Part shown: positions 49,898-58,893 of the stretch, in pieces
Numbering within the stretch: position 1 is the stretch's first letter
Layout: every line of letters begins with the position of its first letter
DNA from: Candidatus Poribacteria bacterium
GTDB taxonomy: Bacteria > Poribacteria > WGA-4E > PCPOR2b
DNA: 64,000 bases
Direction of reading: 5' to 3'
Assembly (NCBI GenBank): GCA_965208675.1
Contig: OZ242351.1
Coordinates: 2,976,001-3,040,000 of the forward strand
Program-made: the position numbers and the translations under genes
The notes under the pieces: generated by a model
Told to the model about the DNA's origin: nothing
The model's database searches: none
Seen by the model: only the letters and a program-made list of their open reading frames with translations

Positions 49898-52621
49898 TCA
49901 TTTAAGGATAACCATCCGTCTTGCAGTGGAGGAGTCTGTTGTGTCGAGTCTATAGAAGTATGGACTACTACTGACTCGCTCGCCGCGGTCATTCCGTCCA
50001 TCCCAATAGGCAGCTTTCTCCCGAGTCAGATAAGAACCAGCGGCTTGATTCCCCAGTTGGAGTGTACGTATACTGCGCCCCGATGCGTCATAAATGGTAA
50101 TGGACACTTCGGACACCTCCGCTAGCTGATACGGAATCCATGTTTCAGGGTTGAACGGATTTGGGTAATTCTGAAGCACTTGAGTGGTCATCGGCACCAA
50201 GTTGGTAAGCGTCGAATGCAGTGTTGAGTAAGCCCGCCGCATATCCTCCAGCGTAACCAGTTTATCTATCTTTCCAAATGGTTCGCCTGAAGTGGCATCC
50301 GTCACAGTCAAACGCAGTGTATCTCCAACGCGGACTAATGGGTTCCGGTTCATATCGGCGAAACCTAACGTCAATCGGGCCCCTGATTCCACGTTCGCGG
50401 TTGTAAGCAGGTTGTTCGTTCTGAGGTTTTTCACGGAAACATGGTAAGGTCCAGGGTAACCTTCTCCGTCTATCACGCCGTCAACAACAAATGCCCATAG
50501 ATTTTGCGGAATAGGCGTTGCCGATGGGGCTGCGATACCTTCCGCATCCGGTGAATCGCTCCAGCCTGCTCCCGTGAACTTGACATCGCCGCCATTAGGC
50601 GTATTGACGATATAACCGCGTCCGCCCTCAATCTGAAATCCGTCGCCCGGAGTATCACGAGTCCATGAGACGAATCTGCCTTCGTCAGAGATACTGATTA
50701 CCATCGTCGCGCCGATAAATTCCATGAAACTCCTAGCCGTATGCGGTTCCAATGGACGCAGCGGCAACGATATATTATTCAAGCCGTTATTTAAGGGCAC
50801 CGTATACGAGAGTTTGCCGGTAGCTTCCTCCGGCAGCACGACATCTTCAACAGAGCCGTCCAGCGTACTGACCATGGTCGCTAGATTGTTCGTCGCTCGG
50901 TGAAAAAACGGCGGCCAAAAACGTCTGGCGGCTTGAACCTTCTCAATCTCTTGCGTCGCCGGCGCCGATTCACCCGATGTCAGAAGGATGAATGCGACGC
51001 GAAAGTCCTTTTGGGAAGAATCAGCATGCGGGATTCGCTCTCCGTTTGCTGCGACGATGCCTTCAATGGTAACTTCCTCTTTCTCGCCGCGGAATGACAC
51101 GTCTGCCATTGGGTTTAGAAATTGCAAATCACCCCATAAACGCGGATTGTCGAACGGCGGCGGAATGTCTATATCATAGGGGTTTACGACTAGAAATGTC
51201 GGCGGCACCTCCTCCGGTCTTAACAAGCCCATCAAATATAAATCGAGCGGGCCGAATATATCTTTCGGGGTTAGCGTGGTGAAAGTCCCGTCTCCATTAT
51301 CCCGAATATCGTTGCCGCCCATAACCGAACCAGCCGTATGCAGGAAGAAGTTCCAATGCGTGTAGTCGCGTCCTAACAACTCGACCGGATTTATGTCAAC
51401 CCCCCAACCGTGTCCGAACTCGTGCAATACCACACTCAAGGTAGAAGTTGCAGCGCCGCTGACATTCTCCAATGGATTGTCAGACCATACCTTTAAGTTC
51501 TTCATCACGAGAAAAGTTCTTAGCCTGCCCAGACTGCCGTAATCATCGGTATGATCGAAAATCGGAAAAATATCACTACCGGCATAACCGCTGCCAATCC
51601 CTAAAACATCATTCTTGACGGGAACGGCAAAGGCGAGGACACCAAAGAGGTCTAAATCCGATTCAAAATTGGTAAAGAGCACCAGACTATCAAAGTCGTC
51701 GCCGTAGCTCTTATAAAATTCTCTCGCTACGTTCTGGATATTGACTGTCGATTCCGATACGAAAACTTCAGCGATGGCGCTTGTTGAGCCTTCAACCGGC
51801 AAATCATCAGAATAGTCCACGAGAGTTGTCTGCAAGGCGTTGTTAAGCCCGCCTGGGGATAACCCCACGATGCCAGTTCGGCTTTTGGACGATTCGAAAC
51901 GGATGTCGATGCCGCCCGTGTCGAATAGAACTATTTGCATCGTAATCTCGGAATCATAGCTTTCAAATGATGGAACATTGAACCAAGTGATTGTAATTTG
52001 CCCGGGTGTATCTTTAACTTCTACTGCCGTAGCTTCGTCACTAAATGTAAACGCATCGGGGTTTAAATCCGCATAAAGCGCACCGATGCGAGGCGGACCG
52101 CCCACAAAGTTTTGCAAATCCCTTGCCCGATGACGGGCGACCCCTGTACCGAATGTCAAGTTCCCATCAGAGTTGACGAAGACTTCGGTATACGCCTGTC
52201 CGAAAAACGTGAACGGGAATTCGATGGCAATCTTTCGGCTGTCATCATCGGTCAAATCCAATACTTGGCCGAAAGCCGCTTCAAATTCGACGTCATCGGG
52301 ACTAGACACATCGTATCCGCCCGCGGCATTGGGAGTAAATCGTAAACTGCTATTGGCTAAATCGAAAAAGTTTGTGGGTTGGACGAGGTGTTCGTTACCC
52401 TGAATGACAGCTATGTGTCCTACTTCAGTGGTTGTCGATGGAAAGCTAACTTCGCGCGCAGCATTAACGCTTAGTTGGTGATATGGGGCAGCGCCCGGTT
52501 TTGCCTGAGTTTCTAAACAGAAAAGAACTAAAAGTATTGTGGTTAAGGGCACTAGGATTTTGCGAATCTTCCTAAGCATGGAATCGAACATAACTTTCTC
52601 CTTATGTATGGTAGTTGACAC
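49898..52621 (-). CDS. Secreted protein with NIDO-like domain, HExxH metallopeptidase and FlgD-Ig tail
   Basis: FPFTFFG...VNSDGNLTF...YADL; LHEFGH; LQNYPNPFNPETWIPYQL. Confidence 0.8.
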   Translation of the reverse strand: MSTTIHKEKVMFDSMLRKIRKILVPLTTILLVLFCLETQAKPGAAPYHQLSVNAAREVSFPSTTTEVGHIAVIQGNEHLVQPTNFFDLANSSLRFTPNAAGGYDVSSPDDVEFEAAFGQVLDLTDDDSRKIAIEFPFTFFGQAYTEVFVNSDGNLTFGTGVARHRARDLQNFVGGPPRIGALYADLNPDAFTFSDEATAVEVKDTPGQITITWFNVPSFESYDSEITMQIVLFDTGGIDIRFESSKSRTGIVGLSPGGLNNALQTTLVDYSDDLPVEGSTSAIAEVFVSESTVNIQNVAREFYKSYGDDFDSLVLFTNFESDLDLFGVLAFAVPVKNDVLGIGSGYAGSDIFPIFDHTDDYGSLGRLRTFLVMKNLKVWSDNPLENVSGAATSTLSVVLHEFGHGWGVDINPVELLGRDYTHWNFFLHTAGSVMGGNDIRDNGDGTFTTLTPKDIFGPLDLYLMGLLRPEEVPPTFLVVNPYDIDIPPPFDNPRLWGDLQFLNPMADVSFRGEKEEVTIEGIVAANGERIPHADSSQKDFRVAFILLTSGESAPATQEIEKVQAARRFWPPFFHRATNNLATMVSTLDGSVEDVVLPEEATGKLSYTVPLNNGLNNISLPLRPLEPHTARSFMEFIGATMVISISDEGRFVSWTRDTPGDGFQIEGGRGYIVNTPNGGDVKFTGAGWSDSPDAEGIAAPSATPIPQNLWAFVVDGVIDGEGYPGPYHVSVKNLRTNNLLTTANVESGARLTLGFADMNRNPLVRVGDTLRLTVTDATSGEPFGKIDKLVTLEDMRRAYSTLHSTLTNLVPMTTQVLQNYPNPFNPETWIPYQLAEVSEVSITIYDASGRSIRTLQLGNQAAGSYLTREKAAYWDGRNDRGERVSSSPYFYRLDTTDSSTARRMVILK

Positions 52622-52807
52622 CGATATGCCAGTCGGTATCGGTACGGGTCAAAGTAAACTCACATCGGTCGAGAACACCCGTTGAGAATCTGTCTATAGT
52701 CTTTTCAAAATTTCCGCACCGGCGCCAAGCGCCGCCGGGACGCCGACGAGCAACGTCGGGTGTAGGGACTCAATTTATCACCCCCTTCTTTTTGTTTGCA
52801 ACTGCCT

Positions 52808-52863
52808 CTATTTTTTAATCTCGCCCCAAACGGCTGCGAGTGCGTGGTTTGAGGCGCCGGCGA
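52808..52863 (-). repeat. Isolated duplicate of the 3' end of the LamG gene at 53763-53818
   Basis: TTAATCTCGCCCCAA...CTGCGAGTG...TTTG.GGCG.CGGCGA is shared; encodes HALAAVWGEIKK*. Confidence 0.75.
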
Positions 52864-52882
52864 TTGGGGATCATCGCTAGAA

Positions 52883-53035
52883 CTATGAGCGGAAGTAGTC
52901 TAGGATATGGAATTCAAACACGTAGGCGATGACAAAATCGACAACGACGAGGAGGCACAATGCCATAAAGCCGACGAAAATCGCCGATAGGAAAAATATC
53001 AAGGTACAGTAAATTATGCGTCTGATGTTTTCCAA
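52883..53035 (-). CDS. 50-aa membrane peptide
   Basis: AAGGAGCCCTACAAT+TTG start; MENIRRIIYCTLIFFLSAIFVGFMALCLLVVVDFVIAYVFEFHILDYFRS. Not in the ORF track. Confidence 0.55.
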   Translation of the reverse strand: MENIRRIIYCTLIFFLSAIFVGFMALCLLVVVDFVIAYVFEFHILDYFRS

Positions 53036-53521
53036 ATTGTAGGGCTCCTTGAGTTAATGCCCGTGCCAAATGTTTTCATCGCGGCAATCAGACAATGCCT
53101 GCCGATATACCGATTACCTTTTTGTGTAATTCCACTTTCCCGTAAACTCACCGGACTGATAGATTTACGCTGTTCTGCGCTCGGCGTATTTCTTAGAGTC
53201 AATCTTGTCGCCATCTCCGCAGCCGTTCAGAACGAGCATACCGACGTTGAGGGCGACGAAACTTTTGTGGGACTGAGATTTTCACGTTCATAGCCGGCGT
53301 CGCGGTGGCGCTCGCCGGGCTAGTTCTTTACGGCAGATTGCAGTGTAATCTTCGGAGATGACACCATGCTGCTTGAAACTTTAGTGGCGTCGTTATCGCT
53401 TATTCTAGCCACGGGAGTATACCTCGCTAACAAGCGAGCCAAAGCACATCTTGCACTAAAGCACCCGCGTATCATCGGGGCTGGTGCACGGGCAATACAG
53501 CAGTGAGTTTTTTAAAGGCCG

Positions 53522-53707
53522 TTACTGCGGCATTAAAATTAGGTACGCCACCATCAGCGGTTGTTCGCCAGACATAAGTCCAATTGTTAAGTATACCTTC
53601 TCTGTTTTAGTTTCTGTAGCGTCTTGATTGATTTCAATATACGACACGGCAGTTGTATTTATGGCCAATCCATGATTTGGCGAAAATTCTTCAAGCAACA
53701 AAAACAT
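53522..53707 (-). CDS. Small hypothetical protein
   Basis: Strong RBS AAAAGGAGA within the repeated hairpin module; 'AINTTAVSYIE'. Confidence 0.6.
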   Translation of the reverse strand: MFLLLEEFSPNHGLAINTTAVSYIEINQDATETKTEKVYLTIGLMSGEQPLMVAYLILMPQ

Positions 53708-53762
53708 CGTAATTCTCCTTTTGTAAGAGATTCTTGGGGGAGTTGGCAGCCTCCCCTTTTTT
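53708..53762 (-). repeat. Hairpin+RBS boundary module, one of five copies (also 57296-57351, 59794-59829, 63446-63496, 63950-63988)
   Basis: Minus-strand consensus AAAAAAGGGGGAGGCNGCCNNCTCCCCCACAACCCTTACAAAAGGAGA. Confidence 0.8.
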
Positions 53763-54506
53763 TTACCTCTTAATCTCGCCCCAAGAGACTGCGAGTGTGT
53801 GTTTTGGGGCGACGGCGAGCACGGTTTTTAGCCCGCGGTTCATGACAGTACGAATGTCGCGTGGGGGGAGCGCGATATTGAATATGGCGAACTCGTCGAT
53901 AAGCCCAGGAAACCTGTTTGGCCCACCAATTATAAACCGGAGATTATTCCTGTCGTCGGGCGGAACGTATGTTGTCGATCTATTCAGTGATGCGAACAAT
54001 TCCCCATCCACATAGATAGCCATTAGATTTTTGCGCCTGCTATGCACAAACGCCCAGTGCCGCCAGACCTCCCGAGTTATCATGCCAGCTTCGATTACCA
54101 ATTCGACGTATGGCGATCCGCACCGCCAACGCACAGCTTCATCCCAAGGCAATAACACGGCGATAACCCCTTCTTTTTCATCGAATGGCTGTAACGTGCT
54201 AAATAGGCGGCCATTCAGACCGTCGAAATTCTTTGTCCACGCCATAACCGTTATTTCCTCAATTTGCTGTTCTGGCGGGAAATCCCTATATGTTGTGAGG
54301 TAGCTTACTCGAAAATTAAGGCATTTTCCAAACATGCCGTCAATCCATGCACGCTCACCTAACACCGATAAACGCTTGCCTGATGCACTGTAGGGGCGCC
54401 AGTCTTTGCCTTCGTTGAAAAGCTAGGCGTCGATAACTAAATCCTTGTTGGCGGCATGGACGGCGATTGCCGCTAAAAAGCATACTGTGCTAATCAGCGC
54501 TTTCAT
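53763..54506 (-). pseudogene. LamG-like jellyroll protein with an in-frame TAG at codon 28
   Basis: MKALISTVCFLAAIAVHAANKDLVIDA*LFNEGK... is in frame with the 53763-54365 ORF (GLIDEFAIFNIAL, LAVSWGEIK). Confidence 0.8.
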
Positions 54507-54984
54507 TAGCTCGCTCCTCGCTTTCCTTTCTGCTGCGTGCTCTCATTTCTTCAAACTGTTTATCAAATTCAGCCTTGAGTTTGGCTATCCGCGCCTTGCT
54601 TTCGACGCGATACGTATCACGGCTCGCTTCTTCTTTAAATTCGAGTTCTTTCGCGTGTTCCTCCCACGCCTCTTTGTATGCCTGCCAGTGTTCCCACCCG
54701 CCATGAAAGCTATTTATGCGGTCGTTGGGCGCGGGGGTTAGGGCGGAATGGATGATGTCCGATTCTTCAAACGCCTCGCTAACGCTCTTGCCGCGGCGGA
54801 TGGCGGCGGCGATCCAATAGCTTCTATTGGCTCCAAGAAGTTGGCCTAACAAAAAATGACCTTGACGGGGGTTGTCCGTATCGATTTTCTCCGGCGGGCG
54901 ACCGTACACCATGTCGTTGAGGTTATGGGTATGGCTGCATCCGAGGATGAGTAAACATAAGCAGCCGCTAATCAGTGCTTTCAT
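54490..54984 (-). CDS. Lipoprotein, tandem paralog B
   Basis: MKALISGCLCLLILGCSHTH; similar to 54968-55456. Confidence 0.8.
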   Translation of the reverse strand: MKALISGCLCLLILGCSHTHNLNDMVYGRPPEKIDTDNPRQGHFLLGQLLGANRSYWIAAAIRRGKSVSEAFEESDIIHSALTPAPNDRINSFHGGWEHWQAYKEAWEEHAKELEFKEEASRDTYRVESKARIAKLKAEFDKQFEEMRARSRKESEERANESAD

Positions 54985-55456
54985 GGGTATGCCCCTCTCT
55001 GCAACACGACTCTCTGTATTCTTCAAGCCTTTTATCAAAATCGGCTTTGATTTTCGCTTTCCGTGCGTCGCTTTCTGCCTTGTATTTTGCGCGGGATGCT
55101 TTCCTTTCCGCTTCAAGTTGAGCTGTATGTTCTTGCCACGACAGTCTATATGCCTCCCACGTATCCCAATCTGAATAATAGTCGGTGATTCTGTCATTGG
55201 GATTGGGGCTTATGGCATTATAGATGGCGTCCGCTTCTTCAAATGCTTCGTTGACACTCTTGCCGCGGCGGATGGCGTCGCTGATCCAGTGTTCCACATT
55301 GGCTCGGAGCAGGACGCTTAACAATAATTCGGTATCTTTGGGGTCGTCCGGATTCATTGTTTCCGGGGGGCGTGCATAGTGCATTTCGCTAATGTTGTGG
55401 GTATGGCTGCATCCGAGAATGACCAAACACATACAGCTGCTAATCAGCATTTTCAT
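54968..55456 (-). CDS. Lipoprotein, tandem paralog A
   Basis: MKMLISSCMCLVILGCSHTH; RBS AGGAGG. Confidence 0.8.
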   Translation of the reverse strand: MKMLISSCMCLVILGCSHTHNISEMHYARPPETMNPDDPKDTELLLSVLLRANVEHWISDAIRRGKSVNEAFEEADAIYNAISPNPNDRITDYYSDWDTWEAYRLSWQEHTAQLEAERKASRAKYKAESDARKAKIKADFDKRLEEYRESCCREGHTHESTD

Positions 55457-55677
55457 TTTGTTTCCCTCCTTTGTTTGGAAAGAGCAGGTTGGAGGAAACA
55501 CGCTCACTGGCTAGAATATGAACGCAGTCAAAATACCTGCTCTCTCCGTTGTTTTGACCGTGATATGTCAATCCGGATGACAACATCATCTGGTAGGCGG
55601 CGCGATACGACTTGTTTGCGAAAGTGTTAGGTGCGCATTGGGTGTTACCCGCGTAACCCAACGTACAAAGACTCCCT

Positions 55678-56229
55678 TTACCTTAGTTTCCGCCATTTCA
55701 TTGTTATGCGATTGTCGCGAGTTAAAGAATGCCAGATAAGCGTTAAAACAACGCCATCCCATTTGTATTCCAATAGGACGCCATAATTCCATCTAACATC
55801 GTAACTGTGGTATCGCATAAACAAGTATTTCGAGCTATACGCGAAAATCGCCGATCTGTGTAGTTGGATTCTGTAATATTTGGGATTATTGTCTTCAGGA
55901 TAAAAAGGGCTAACAGATTCCCATTCAGAATCGAAATTGTAGTCTTGTTCTATTACAAATTCAAATTTATGGTCTAGTTCTATAGTTAATTCGCCGCGCA
56001 TTTCTTCTGCATTTTCAACCAGCCAATCACGTCCGTCATTGTATGTCTCCAGCCGATACTTTCCGACCAAATCCTTGTGTAGCGCAACTGCTTCAGATTC
56101 ATGCGTGTGGTCGTGCTGATGGCTATGGTGATGGTCGTGTTCGTGCGGGTGTTCATGTTCAGCTATAGGGTGAGTGTGTCCGCACCCAGCAAGGACGATT
56201 AACGCTATTAACAGAATAAAAGCCTTCAT
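55678..56229 (-). CDS. Lipoprotein with N-terminal His-rich tract
   Basis: MKAFILLIALIVLAGC-GHTHPIAEHEHPHEHDHHHSHQHDHTHE. Confidence 0.8.
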   Translation of the reverse strand: MKAFILLIALIVLAGCGHTHPIAEHEHPHEHDHHHSHQHDHTHESEAVALHKDLVGKYRLETYNDGRDWLVENAEEMRGELTIELDHKFEFVIEQDYNFDSEWESVSPFYPEDNNPKYYRIQLHRSAIFAYSSKYLFMRYHSYDVRWNYGVLLEYKWDGVVLTLIWHSLTRDNRITMKWRKLR

Positions 56230-56392
56230 TGGGTCATCTTCCTCTTTGCAAGGTGTTGTGAGTAATTGGCACTCGATTCTTTCAGTCTGTTTAATCTGTA
56301 TCTCGACCTGTCTCATCGCTTCATCGTCCCAACCTTCGGGGAAATCCGCCTCAGTCACAACAACACCTCCTTTCAACCCGTGTCTAACAATA

Positions 56393-56884
56393 TCACTTCA
56401 AATGGCAGCGAAATGTGAGTTGTGCTGGCTTATAGCCCAAGCGACCAATTATTCGTCTAGCTAATTCCACCGTGCGATCGGCACCATGGTATTTTAACAC
56501 CCAGAGTTTTAGTGGATGCACAAATTCCCACCTCCTCTTGACTCTTGGGAGAGGCTGCTTAGCTGAAAATATAGAACACTTTAGCAATCCATCGTACAAT
56601 GCTTTTTTATCTGTACTACGCTCATGCAACTCTCGACACAAAAGCGGTAATACGTCTTTCCAATGTTCAACCTTGCATGTCCGCGTCCCCAATGTAAATG
56701 ATGTTGGCTTGGTATCGACATAGGAAGTTTCATCCGTGACATGATTTTCTTCATCGGTCGGTCGAACACTCATTATGGCTACCAAATCTTTTCTTAGACG
56801 TGCAATATCATCCTTAGTGGCTAGATTGGATAACGCTTCCTTCAAATCTTCTTTGGTGAGCGGTTCGCTTACTGGGTATGGCAT
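56393..56884 (-). CDS. Hypothetical protein with a short coiled coil and a domain like those fused to restriction proteins
   Basis: LATKDDIARL; KPTSFTLG...WKDVLPLLCRELH pattern. Confidence 0.55.
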   Translation of the reverse strand: MPYPVSEPLTKEDLKEALSNLATKDDIARLRKDLVAIMSVRPTDEENHVTDETSYVDTKPTSFTLGTRTCKVEHWKDVLPLLCRELHERSTDKKALYDGLLKCSIFSAKQPLPRVKRRWEFVHPLKLWVLKYHGADRTVELARRIIGRLGYKPAQLTFRCHLK

Positions 56885-56971
56885 TCGAGTATTCCCCTTA
56901 TGAGATAGACGACGCGGACAGAAGTATGTGGTGCGGTAGCCGACATAAGAGCCTTCCGCCCCCGTCATATT

Positions 56972-57295
56972 TTATTCGCCATACACTGTGACTGTATAGA
57001 CAGCATAAATCCCCAGCACACTTTTCGACGAATAGTCAACATGGTGAATCTTCGTAATGCCGCCGTTCTTGGCAGCAGCTTCAATGCTCGCATCTCCAGT
57101 TGCGACTAACCCTAATACCGAAGTTACGGTCGCCGAACCGGATTTCATAGCGGCAGTGTCGCTCGCAGTCGCCGTTACCGGTGCTTTAACATCGGTGTAC
57201 AATACACCGGTAACTGGCGACGTGCTATAAGCAACACAACCTGTTAGATAGGATATAGCTACTACAAGAATAAACAACATGCCGAGATGTCTCAT
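56972..57295 (-). CDS. TRL-like family lipoprotein
   Basis: LTGC; GVLYTDVKAP; SVLGLVATGDASIEAAAKNGGITKIHHVD. Confidence 0.8.
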   Translation of the reverse strand: MRHLGMLFILVVAISYLTGCVAYSTSPVTGVLYTDVKAPVTATASDTAAMKSGSATVTSVLGLVATGDASIEAAAKNGGITKIHHVDYSSKSVLGIYAVYTVTVYGE

Positions 57296-57351
57296 CGTAA
57301 TATCTCCTTTTTGTAAAGGGTTGTGGGGAAGGCGGCAGCCTCCCCCTTTTT

Positions 57352-57549
57352 TTATTTTGTTTGCGTCGGAATTAACAATCGTTCCAAGTACCTCCAATGC
57401 AATTCTAATGCCTCTGGGGTTCCCTTTTTTATTACTATAGCTCCGTGCTCTTCCGGAGCATAGCCTGCAATACGATTGCCCTCATGGACAATTCTCGTAA
57501 GCCGACTCGTATTTACTAGGGTACGATCGTCGTCGGTTTTTATAAACAT
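57352..57549 (-). CDS. Small hypothetical protein
   Basis: RBS GAAAGGAGGTG; 'LVNTSRLTRI' resembles 53522-53707 in layout. Confidence 0.65.
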   Translation of the reverse strand: MFIKTDDDRTLVNTSRLTRIVHEGNRIAGYAPEEHGAIVIKKGTPEALELHWRYLERLLIPTQTK

Positions 57550-57555
57550 TGAAAA

Positions 57556-57825
57556 TCACCTCCTTTCAGTCAGCTCTTCATCGCGGGAGGGTCTGTTGAT
57601 AATATCGATAAATCGCCCGTGTTTATCGACATATTCGATGGTACGCAATTCTTGGTTTGCCTTCTTTTTTTCTTCTGCCATATACTCAACCTACCAGGTC
57701 CTGTCTCTATCCAAAGTAATGGTGGTAAAGGGATGCTGGTTGGTATAGGACATGGCGTCTAAGAACCAAAAGCAAAATCCAACGAATGCGAGCGCGATTA
57801 TCGGGGGAATCAAGTTTCGGTTCAT
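57556..57825 (-). pseudogene. Truncated paralog of 59830-60174 with an in-frame TAG (57691-57693)
   Basis: Near-identical 5' sequence (MNRNLIPPIIALAFVGFCFWFLDAMSYTNQHPFT); TTG changed to TAG. Confidence 0.85.
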
Positions 57826-57857
57826 TTTGTTTTCTCGCTGACCGTTGGGGCGTATCG

Positions 57858-58250
57858 CTAATCGTCCACATCAAACCTAATATTTCGATAACCGCCGCGC
57901 CAGGAAATAACTAGGGGTGTTACCCCGCATAATGGTTTAAGAGGATTGTCATGAATGATTTTTGTCACCGCGTCATGTTTCCTGCTTACGTTCCACTCTA
58001 TCTCTGTCTGATATAACCCTTTGCAACCGCTGACGGTAACGTTTTCCGCAGGCCCGTCAAACTGTACGTAATACCTAATGCCTGAGCCCCAACCGCCTTC
58101 CCCCCCAGGCATTATACCGGAGGAAACGTGAATAATACGGGCATCTTCGGCATGGGAATCGCAGCCAACGAGCGCAACCAAGCAGATAACGACAGCAAGC
58201 GCCGTGATAATAGCGAGTAGCGGGGACAAGCGTTTGCGCAATCGGGGCAT
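57858..58250 (-). CDS. Hypothetical lipoprotein
   Basis: MPRLRKRL...ALVGC lipobox; start-associated sequence AAAGGCAGTCTACAATG. Confidence 0.65.
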   Translation of the reverse strand: MPRLRKRLSPLLAIITALAVVICLVALVGCDSHAEDARIIHVSSGIMPGGEGGWGSGIRYYVQFDGPAENVTVSGCKGLYQTEIEWNVSRKHDAVTKIIHDNPLKPLCGVTPLVISWRGGYRNIRFDVDD

Positions 58251-58293
58251 TGTAGACTGCCTTTCGTATGCCTTATAATTTAGTTTGAAAAAG

Positions 58294-58381
58294 GGTGGCA
58301 GCGGAGAGGTCGCAGCAAGGTTAAACCTCGCGGAGCCGCGGAAATGCCCCTCAGCATAACCGCGGCGTTTACTCCCTTCCA
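58294..58381 (-). other. ~90-nt long imperfect hairpin, copy 1 (candidate structured RNA or ssDNA element)
   Basis: Near-identical to 59701-59792. Confidence 0.7.
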
Positions 58382-58493
58382 CGATACCTTTCGTGCTTTG
58401 GGGGTGCGACAATCGCATAAAACATCCAAGCAAAGAAAAAGATTGTAAACAACTTTTCCCTGACATTGCAGGTCTCCTTATGATGCGCCTCGG

Positions 58494-58697
58494 TTAGAGA
58501 ACGCCTCCGAGTAGCCAGCCGAACCTGGATTCCACGGCAGCGGCGAAACACCATAGCCCGACAACGAAGACCAAAAAACCTATCCCAAAGAATCCCAGCC
58601 AAACCCAACCGGGGGGACCGTCTCGGCTCCAATCGTCTTCAATTTTACAACCTATTCCGAAAACAACTAGGAATACGATGATGGCAAGCGCTCCCAT
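58494..58697 (-). CDS. 67-aa two-TM membrane protein
   Basis: AAAGGAGACCTCTATG start; hydrophobic. Confidence 0.65.
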   Translation of the reverse strand: MGALAIIVFLVVFGIGCKIEDDWSRDGPPGWVWLGFFGIGFLVFVVGLWCFAAAVESRFGWLLGGVL

Positions 58698-58711
58698 AGA
58701 GGTCTCCTTTG

Positions 58712-58861
58712 TTAATGCCCAAGTAATGCGGCAAAAAAGCGAATGAATGCGTACATTAGGCTGCCGAAGATGAGTAAGACGGCAATCATCATCAATGCCC
58801 ACATGACATACGGCTCGACAAGCTCCCATATCAACAGCAGTAATCCTAGTAATTCCGACAT
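58712..58861 (-). CDS. 49-aa membrane peptide
   Basis: AAAGGAGACCTACAATG start; MSELLGLLLLIWELVEPYVMWALMMIAVLLIFGSLMYAFIRFFAALLGH. Not in the ORF track. Confidence 0.65.
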   Translation of the reverse strand: MSELLGLLLLIWELVEPYVMWALMMIAVLLIFGSLMYAFIRFFAALLGH

Positions 58862-58893
58862 TGTAGGTCTCCTTTGTTGGAGCGTATCGCTAG

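Noticed and set aside
54423-57693. Two in-frame TAG codons in array genes, suggesting amber recoding
   Set aside because: They replace different residues (probably Trp in LamG, Leu in the 59830 paralog), each one base from TAG, and many neighbouring genes end in TAG. Pseudogenisation is simpler.
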